Shown one piece after another: positions 55,345 to 61,483 of a stretch of DNA of 61,483 nucleotides. Made by a program: the position numbers and the translations under genes. Numbering within the stretch: the stretch's first letter is position 1; every line of letters starts with the position of its first letter. This stretch comes from Candidatus Krumholzibacteriia bacterium (lineage in GTDB: Bacteria > Krumholzibacteriota > Krumholzibacteriia > LZORAL124-64-63): assembly GCA_046484865.1 (NCBI GenBank), contig JAWOID010000123.1, positions 1 through 61,483 of the forward strand. The letters are read 5' to 3'. The notes under the pieces are model-generated. The model did not search any database. It saw only the letters and a program-made list of their open reading frames with translations, and was not told where the DNA came from.

Positions 55345-57540
55345 ATGATCTCTCGGCGGGCACTGGACCTGACGGCGGGAGCTCTGCTGCTGCTGATGAT
55401 CCCCGTGTCGACCGTGGTGTTCCTCGGGAACGACGGCGACGACGCGGCGAACGCCGCCGACCTCCTGGCGCGGGAACAGGTACTGCTGCAGACGCTGGCC
55501 GGGCAGGCCGCCGCACTCGGACGCGCAGAAGGCCCGGTGGAGCAGGAGCAGCTCCGCGGATCGCTGGGACGGACGATCCTGCGCTTCGACCGTACGCTCG
55601 GGGCGTTGCTCGAGGGTGGCGCCGTGCCCGTCACAGACGGCAGGGAGATCGTGGTCGTCGCGGTCGCCGACCGCGACGCGCGTCGTGCCATCGAGCAGGG
55701 TGCGAAACTGTGGTACCAGACGGGGCCTCCCCTGGCGGACCTCGCCGCCGGCGAGTTCTCGCCCGACAGTGCCGCCGGGCGGACGGCCGTGATGCGTCTG
55801 GGGGAGGTCGGGGCGACGCTGGGCGACCACCTCGGCATGGCCGCCGCCGCGCTGCGGGCGGCGCCCGACGCTCAGCGTGCGCGCAACCGGGCTGCCACCG
55901 CCGTCGCACTCGCATGCGCCCTGGCGCTGGCCGGTCTGGTCGCGTTCCGGCGGCACGAGCCGCACACTCGCGAGCGCGGTCGTTCCGCCCGTCAGGTGCG
56001 CCGGGCCGACGCCGGCACGCCGGCCGCCGACCGCATCACCTCCGCGGACGGCATCTCGCCGCGCACCCGCGCATCCGCCACACACCCTTGCCGCGACCAG
56101 CACGACCTGACCCTGGACCTGGACGCGGCCGGAGCTTCGGTCGATCAGGTGGCGGTGGACATGCAGACCATCGTCACCGGCACCGAGAAGATGCGCGCCG
56201 CCGTCGACGCGGTGGGATCGGCCATGCACGGCCTGCTCTCCAGCCTGGAGGAGCTGGCCGAGGACGCCGCCGAGGGCAACCAGGTGATGCGCAACACCGG
56301 CAACGCCGCGAGCTTCGCGGCGGCGACCGCCCGTGAACTGACCGAAGCCGCCGGCGCGATGGCGCAGGTGGTGGAGCGGGTCGCGCAACTGGCCCGGCGG
56401 TCCCGCGAGATCGCGCAGCAGGTGGAGGCCGCGAGCGAGCATACCGGCCGGCCCGGCACGGCGTTCACCTCGGTCGTGGCGCAGGAGGTGCGCGCCCTGG
56501 CTGCCCAGATCTCCACCGCCACCGCCCACATCGAGCAGACCGTGAGCGAGATCCTCGGCTCCAGCCGTCAGTACGAGGAGGCGATCACGCAGATCCTGCG
56601 CAACATCGGCAGCATCAACCAGGTCACTCGCGGCCTCGGCGAATCGATGCTGGCTCCGACCACCGCCACGCAGTCCGGCACCCTCGCTGGGAGGCGGCGT
56701 CCGGCGACACCGGCTGCCGATCCGTCGGCAGCAGCCCCCCCGGCGCCGCCGGCGGCAGCGATCTCCGGAACCGCGACCGGCCTCCCGTCGCTCGACGAGC
56801 GAGCGACCGCATCGCCGATCCCGGATGTCGCCGAGGCGTCGGCGGAACCCGCGGCCGATGCCGAGGATCTCGTGTCCGGCTTCGGCGGTGCGGCCGATAC
56901 CCCCGGCGCCGCTCCCGCAGACGAGTTCACGGCCGCACCGGAGCCCGCCGGGACGATGCTCGTCGACCTGGGCGACCTGGATCACCTGGTGGCCGATCTG
57001 TCCGACGGAAGCGACGGCAGCGGCAACGACGATCGCGACGCCGACCACCCCGGCGAGGTCGCCGGCGCCGATCTCCCAGGCGACGAGCCCGCCGTCGGTC
57101 CTGCTCAGCAGGACGATGGAGCGCTGCCGGCCGAACCGGCTGACGCGGCGAGCGTGTTCGTCCTGAACAAGCGCAGGCCGCTGCCGGGCGGCGCGCCCGA
57201 CGCTGCGGGGGCGGCGCCTGAGGCAGGAAACGGCGCGGACGTTTTCATCCTCAGCAAGCGCAAGCCGGCAGCCGGTCCCGCGGCTGGACCGGAGCCCGAG
57301 GCTGGACCGGAACCCGCGGCCGGTGCCGCAGCCGGTCCCGCTGCCGGTCCCGCTGCCGGTCCCGAGGTCGGTCCCGACGTCGCACCTGCATCCGAGCCCT
57401 CGCCTCCGCTCGATGACGAGTCGGCCGGCGAGCCCGTGATGGCCGGGGCGCCGGGCGACGAACAGCCCTCGCGCGAGCCGATCCAGCCCCGGGGCGCATC
57501 GGGAAACATCTTCATCCTGAACGAGCCGAAGCCGAGGTGA
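55345..57540 (+). CDS. Atypical methyl-accepting chemotaxis-like protein (PilJ/NarX-like sensor, degenerate signalling tip, long disordered tail)
   Basis: Two TM segments flanking a FDRTLGALLEGG sensor; coiled coil with VVAQEVRALA; Pro/Ala/acidic tail. Confidence 0.7.
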   Translation: MISRRALDLTAGALLLLMIPVSTVVFLGNDGDDAANAADLLAREQVLLQTLAGQAAALGRAEGPVEQEQLRGSLGRTILRFDRTLGALLEGGAVPVTDGREIVVVAVADRDARRAIEQGAKLWYQTGPPLADLAAGEFSPDSAAGRTAVMRLGEVGATLGDHLGMAAAALRAAPDAQRARNRAATAVALACALALAGLVAFRRHEPHTRERGRSARQVRRADAGTPAADRITSADGISPRTRASATHPCRDQHDLTLDLDAAGASVDQVAVDMQTIVTGTEKMRAAVDAVGSAMHGLLSSLEELAEDAAEGNQVMRNTGNAASFAAATARELTEAAGAMAQVVERVAQLARRSREIAQQVEAASEHTGRPGTAFTSVVAQEVRALAAQISTATAHIEQTVSEILGSSRQYEEAITQILRNIGSINQVTRGLGESMLAPTTATQSGTLAGRRRPATPAADPSAAAPPAPPAAAISGTATGLPSLDERATASPIPDVAEASAEPAADAEDLVSGFGGAADTPGAAPADEFTAAPEPAGTMLVDLGDLDHLVADLSDGSDGSGNDDRDADHPGEVAGADLPGDEPAVGPAQQDDGALPAEPADAASVFVLNKRRPLPGGAPDAAGAAPEAGNGADVFILSKRKPAAGPAAGPEPEAGPEPAAGAAAGPAAGPAAGPEVGPDVAPASEPSPPLDDESAGEPVMAGAPGDEQPSREPIQPRGASGNIFILNEPKPR

Positions 57541-57677
57541 GTCGGCGCGGAGGCGCGCACGGCGCGGCCCGGCGACTCACCCGAGCCCCACCGGACGGGC
57601 TGTGGTATGCTGGCCCGCGCCCGGCGAGGCAGCGGTGCCCGCCGGCGCGTCCGCCCCCACCCCACCCGGGAGGCCGC

Positions 57678-59171
57678 ATGGACAGCCACGAGTTCCGCCG
57701 CGTGGGTCACGAGCTCATCGACTGGATCGCCGACTACTTCGACAACGTGGACCAGTACCCGGTGCTCTCGCGCGTGCAGCCGGGCGAGATCCGGAGTCGA
57801 CTTCCCGCCGACGCGCCGGAGCAGCCGGAGCCCTGGGACGCCATCCTGAACGACTTCCGCGACGTGATTCTGCCCGGCGTCACCCACTGGAACCATCCGC
57901 GCTTCTTCGCCTACTTCCCGGCCAACCACAGCGCGCCTGCGGTGCTGGGCGAGCTGCTGTCCGCGGGTCTGGGCATCAATGCCATGCTCTGGCAGACCTG
58001 CCCCGCAGCCACCGAGCTGGAGGAGGTCGTGATGGAGTGGCTCCGCCGGCTCGTGGGGCTGCCGGTCGACTTCCGCGGCTCGATCCAGGACACCGCATCC
58101 TCGGCCACCATGACCGCGCTCCTGTGCGCTCGCGAGCGGACCACCGGCGAGGCGGTGAACCGCGGGGGCTTCACGGCCGTGCCCGCCGGCGCTCCGCTGC
58201 GGATCTACGTCTCGGGCGAGGGGCACTCCTCCGTGGAGAAGGGCGCCAAGGCGGCGGGCTTCGGCGCCGAGCACGTGGTGAAGGTGGCCGTGGACGGCGC
58301 CTATGCGCTGGAACCGGACGACCTGCGGCGACGCATCGCCGAGGACCGCGCGGCCGGACGGCAGCCGTGCGCCGTGGTGGCCACCGTGGGCACCACCGGC
58401 AGCACAGCGGTGGACCCGCTGCCCGCCATAGCCCGCATCTGCCGGGACGAGGACCTCTGGCTGCACGTGGATGCCGCCCTGGCGGGCAGCGCGGCCATCC
58501 TGCCGGAGAAGCGCTGGCTGCTCGACGGCGCCGAGCACGCCCATTCGCTGGTCTTCAACCCTCACAAGTGGCTCTTCACGAACTTCGACTGCTCGGCCTA
58601 CTTCACCCGCGAGCCCGCGCTCCTGCAGAAGACCATGGCCATCGATCCGGAGTACCTGCGAACCGACCGCGACCGGGAGGTGACCAACTTCCGCGACTGG
58701 GGTCTGCCCCTCGGCCGCCGCTTCCGCGCGCTGAAGCTCTGGTTCGTGCTGCGCAGCTTCGGTGCGCAGGGGCTCCGCGACAAGCTGCGCGAGCACCTGG
58801 ACCTGGCGCAGTGGTTCGCCGGCCAGGTGGCCGCCGATCCGGCGTTCGAGCTGCTCGCACCGGTGCCGGTGCAGACGGTGTGCTTCCGGCACCGTCCTGA
58901 AGCGGGAGCCGCGATGGTGACCAGTGCCACCGACCGGGCGGGCGAGTCGCCCCCGCCCCTGACCGGGCGCACCCCGGAGGAGGACGAGCTCGACCGGCGC
59001 AACAAGGCGCTGCTGGACCGCATCAACGGCACCGGTCGCGTCTTCCTCACCCACACGCGACTGGGCGGCCGCTACACGCTGCGGATGAGCATCGGCCAGC
59101 TCCAGACGCGCCGCGAGCACGTGGAGGAAGCCTGGGCGCTGATCAGGGCGGCGGCGGAACCGGAGGCGTGA
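57678..59171 (+). CDS. Aromatic L-amino acid decarboxylase (PLP-dependent, group II, DDC-like)
   Basis: PGVTHWNHPRFFAYFP, PAATELE, HSSVEK, TVGTT, HVDAA, NPHKW, LGRRFRALKLW. Confidence 0.92.
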   Translation: MDSHEFRRVGHELIDWIADYFDNVDQYPVLSRVQPGEIRSRLPADAPEQPEPWDAILNDFRDVILPGVTHWNHPRFFAYFPANHSAPAVLGELLSAGLGINAMLWQTCPAATELEEVVMEWLRRLVGLPVDFRGSIQDTASSATMTALLCARERTTGEAVNRGGFTAVPAGAPLRIYVSGEGHSSVEKGAKAAGFGAEHVVKVAVDGAYALEPDDLRRRIAEDRAAGRQPCAVVATVGTTGSTAVDPLPAIARICRDEDLWLHVDAALAGSAAILPEKRWLLDGAEHAHSLVFNPHKWLFTNFDCSAYFTREPALLQKTMAIDPEYLRTDRDREVTNFRDWGLPLGRRFRALKLWFVLRSFGAQGLRDKLREHLDLAQWFAGQVAADPAFELLAPVPVQTVCFRHRPEAGAAMVTSATDRAGESPPPLTGRTPEEDELDRRNKALLDRINGTGRVFLTHTRLGGRYTLRMSIGQLQTRREHVEEAWALIRAAAEPEA

Positions 59172-59176
59172 CAGAA

Positions 59177-59250
59177 GCGGCGAGCGCGACGGACGCGGCG
59201 AGCGCGGCGGACCCGGCGAGCGCGGCGGAACCGGCGAGCGCGGCGGAACC
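59177..59250. repeat. 18-bp tandem repeat (about 4 copies) [GC]CGGCGAGCGCGGCGGA[CA] between convergent genes
   Basis: Units at 59177, 59195, 59213 and 59231. Confidence 0.85.
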
Positions 59251-59298
59251 GGTGGCAGAGCGGCGGTCAAGTTCGTGGACGGCCCGGCCGCCGCTGGC

Positions 59299-60000
59299 TC
59301 AGATGCGGTCGAACCACTCCGCCAGCTCGCGGTGGAAGTGGTCGAGACCGTCGGCCACGAAGAGCACGCTGTTGTACTCCCACACCGACTTGGGCACCTC
59401 GACCACCTTCGCGATCGAGAACTCCTCCAGCGGGGTCTCGCCGGCCATGACGCGGTCGATCTCGCCCGCGGACGAGAGCAAGCCGGCGCCGAACACCTTC
59501 AACTCGCCGTCCTCGCGCACCATCCCGAACTCCGCGGTGTACCAGGCCAGCCGCTTGATCTGCTCGCGCCGCTGGTCGTCGGCGCGCAGGAAGGCGGGCG
59601 CGAAGAGATCCTCGAACTCCGCGTACCGGGGAATCATCAGGAACGGCAGATGCCCGAAGATGTCGTGGAACATGTCCGGTTCGGGCGTGAATTCCAGCTC
59701 GTGCTCCTCGCGGATGTAGTCGGTGACCAGGAAACGCCGCCTGGCGAACTGACGGTACCAGTCAACCGCATCGCTGTAGCGGGTGCTGGTGCGCACGGTC
59801 GACCAGCCGGTGGCCGGTTCGATCTTGCGGTTGAGATCCTCGAGGGTGGGAATCTCGTCTCGCGGCAGCTCGAGGAGCCTGAAGCCCTCGACGTACTCGC
59901 GGCAGCCGTGGCGGAGCACGCGCGGCTCGAGCAGCTGGTAGAGCTTCTGCCAGGTCCGGGTCTGGGCGGGCGTGAAGCCATCGGTCTGCGTCCGTTCCAT
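59299..60000 (-). CDS. phhA: Pterin-dependent aromatic amino acid hydroxylase (phenylalanine 4-monooxygenase-like)
   Basis: FTPEPDMFHDIFGHLPFL (Fe-binding His pair), WYTAEFG (Glu ligand), GAGLLSSAGE; ATG 60000 after GGAGGT. Confidence 0.88.
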   Translation of the reverse strand: MERTQTDGFTPAQTRTWQKLYQLLEPRVLRHGCREYVEGFRLLELPRDEIPTLEDLNRKIEPATGWSTVRTSTRYSDAVDWYRQFARRRFLVTDYIREEHELEFTPEPDMFHDIFGHLPFLMIPRYAEFEDLFAPAFLRADDQRREQIKRLAWYTAEFGMVREDGELKVFGAGLLSSAGEIDRVMAGETPLEEFSIAKVVEVPKSVWEYNSVLFVADGLDHFHRELAEWFDRI

Positions 60001-60310
60001 GGTCACCTCCGGTGCGCAGGCGGCTGATCGTCCCGGGCTCGGGCTGTCGGTCCGCCAGGTCTGTCCAGCCAGAGTGCCCGCCTCAGGCGCGGGACCGGCG
60101 CAGGTCCGGTCACAGTCCAGGCCCCCGCTCCCGGGCTCGTCCCAGGCCCAGTATAAAAAAGACCTTACTCGTCCGCTTGAAAGTGCGCAGGCTGGATGCT
60201 GCGGCGAAGCGCGGCGATCAGGACCGGCGCGCGCCGGCAGGAGTCCGCCCCCGGCAGGGCCGGGGGCGGTCACGAGTCGCGGACGGCGGGTCGTGGGCTC
60301 GAGTCGGGGG

Positions 60311-61468
60311 CTACACCGGCTGGCCGACCGCTTCCGGTTCCGTCCGCCAGCGCCGCGCGCGCCGCACCGCATACGACGCGCCGATGAGCACCGCCATCGC
60401 GATCACGCCGATGTGCACCCAGCCGGGGACGCGGGCGGCCTCGCCCGCAGCGTAGCTGTGCAGGCCGGAGAGGAAGTAGTTCACGCCGAAGTATGTCATC
60501 ACCACGGAGCTGATGGCGGCCAGGCTCGCGGCGGCGTGCAGCCAGGCGCTGCGCAGCTGCGGGATGAAGCGGAAGTGCAGGATCAGCGCGTACACCAGGA
60601 TGGTGACGAAGCTCCAGGTCTCCTTGGGATCCCAGCCCCAGTAGCGCCCCCATGACTCGTTGGCCCACACCCCGCCCAGCAGCGTGCCCACGGTCAGGAA
60701 GCCGAGCCCGGCGATCATCACGTTCGTGTTGAGCCGGTCGAGGCGGTGGATGGCCGACCGCAGCACGCTGCGACCGGGAGCCTTGGCGAGGTACAGGAAC
60801 AGGGTCTGGGCTCCGAGGGCGGCGCAGAGGCCGAGGAACGCGTAGCTGGCCGTGATCACCGTCACGTGGATGTGCAGCCAGTAGCTCGCCAGGACGGGCA
60901 CCAGCGGGCCGATGGCCGGGTCGAAGGTGGAGAGCATGGCCGTGCCCAGGATCACCGAGGTGAGCAGCGCCGCCAGGCCGGCCGCCACGCCCTCGCGGGT
61001 GCGCAACTCGTACACGAGCCCCACCACCCCCACCGCCAGCGCGATGAAGATGAGCGACTCGTAGCCGTTGCTCATCGGCGCGCGGGCCGAGGCGATCCAG
61101 CGCAGGACGAAGGCGAACAGGTGGTACGCCACGGAACCGGCGAAGATCAGCATCCCGGTCGCGTAGAGCGGGTGCTTGAGCGGGTAGCGCACGCCGTTAC
61201 GCCGGAAGAGATTCCAGTTGAAGGCGATCTGCAGCACCAGGAAGGCCACCAGGTACGGGATGCTCACCCACATGAAGGGCTGGGCGGCATTCAGCCACAG
61301 CTCCGCCTCCAGGCGCGAGCCCTCGGGCAGGACGTCCTCTCCCCAGCGCTCCTGGACCGCGGCGATCGCGGCCACGCCCTCGGCGGCGCGGCGGGTGTCG
61401 CCGGTGCGGAGCCCCTCCTGCAGCGCGATGAACGCCGCGCGGTACTCGTCCGCCTGCGCCTCCTGCAG
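60311..61468 (-). CDS. ccsA: Cytochrome c biogenesis protein CcsA/ResC (system II), probably the C-terminal part of a CcsBA fusion, 5'-truncated
   Basis: RW..S.RAPMSNGYES, WLHIHV, WWD motif WANESWGRYWGWDPKETW, GLHSY; frame open to 61468, then an in-frame TGA at 61469-61471 near the window end. Confidence 0.85.
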   Translation of the reverse strand: MQEAQADEYRAAFIALQEGLRTGDTRRAAEGVAAIAAVQERWGEDVLPEGSRLEAELWLNAAQPFMWVSIPYLVAFLVLQIAFNWNLFRRNGVRYPLKHPLYATGMLIFAGSVAYHLFAFVLRWIASARAPMSNGYESLIFIALAVGVVGLVYELRTREGVAAGLAALLTSVILGTAMLSTFDPAIGPLVPVLASYWLHIHVTVITASYAFLGLCAALGAQTLFLYLAKAPGRSVLRSAIHRLDRLNTNVMIAGLGFLTVGTLLGGVWANESWGRYWGWDPKETWSFVTILVYALILHFRFIPQLRSAWLHAAASLAAISSVVMTYFGVNYFLSGLHSYAAGEAARVPGWVHIGVIAMAVLIGASYAVRRARRWRTEPEAVGQPV

Positions 61469-61483
61469 TCATGAGGTCAGCCC

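Noticed and set aside
59177..59250. Tandem repeats here and at 22413 and 41454 considered as a CRISPR array
   Set aside because: Units are adjacent with no unique spacers, and there are no cas genes; the PD-(D/E)XK Fe-S domain belongs to AddB, not Cas4
61469..61471. Second possible Sec codon in ccsA
   Set aside because: Not in a Cys/redox motif and too close to the sequence end to evaluate

Overview
High-GC (about 70% or more, estimated by eye) bacterial chromosomal segment from a diderm organism: it encodes a TonB-dependent receptor, an Omp85 barrel and lipoproteins. Two secreted proteins end in a TWxxVKxx[YF]R motif, which points by inference to an FCB-related candidate lineage such as Krumholzibacteriota/Latescibacterota. 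There are about 48 housekeeping or accessory CDSs. I see no rRNA, tRNA, CRISPR array, transposase, integrase or prophage. Main content: a TPP-riboswitch-controlled thiamine uptake/salvage operon (TBDR-thiN-SSS) followed by addBA, canonical cydAB plus a second bd-like cytochrome c pair, a cytochrome c/beta-barrel fusion next to a pentaheme cytochrome, menA, a CCA-adding enzyme, an aromatic amino acid decarboxylase convergent with a phhA-like hydroxylase, and a truncated ccsA. Signals the ORF track misses: (1) a secreted thioredoxin/TPR-like protein with an in-frame UGA in its CxxC position (UGSC) and a SECIS-like hairpin, i.e. a probable selenoprotein; (2) an anticodon-less AsnRS paralog whose leader carries two PyrR-type binding hairpins and an attenuator-like terminator; (3) a stand-alone small transcription unit with an extended SD and a 15-aa ORF; (4) a roughly 180-nt rod-like candidate ncRNA; (5) an RND-adaptor-like lipoprotein gene running off the left edge. 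All calls come from reading motifs by eye; no database search was run.
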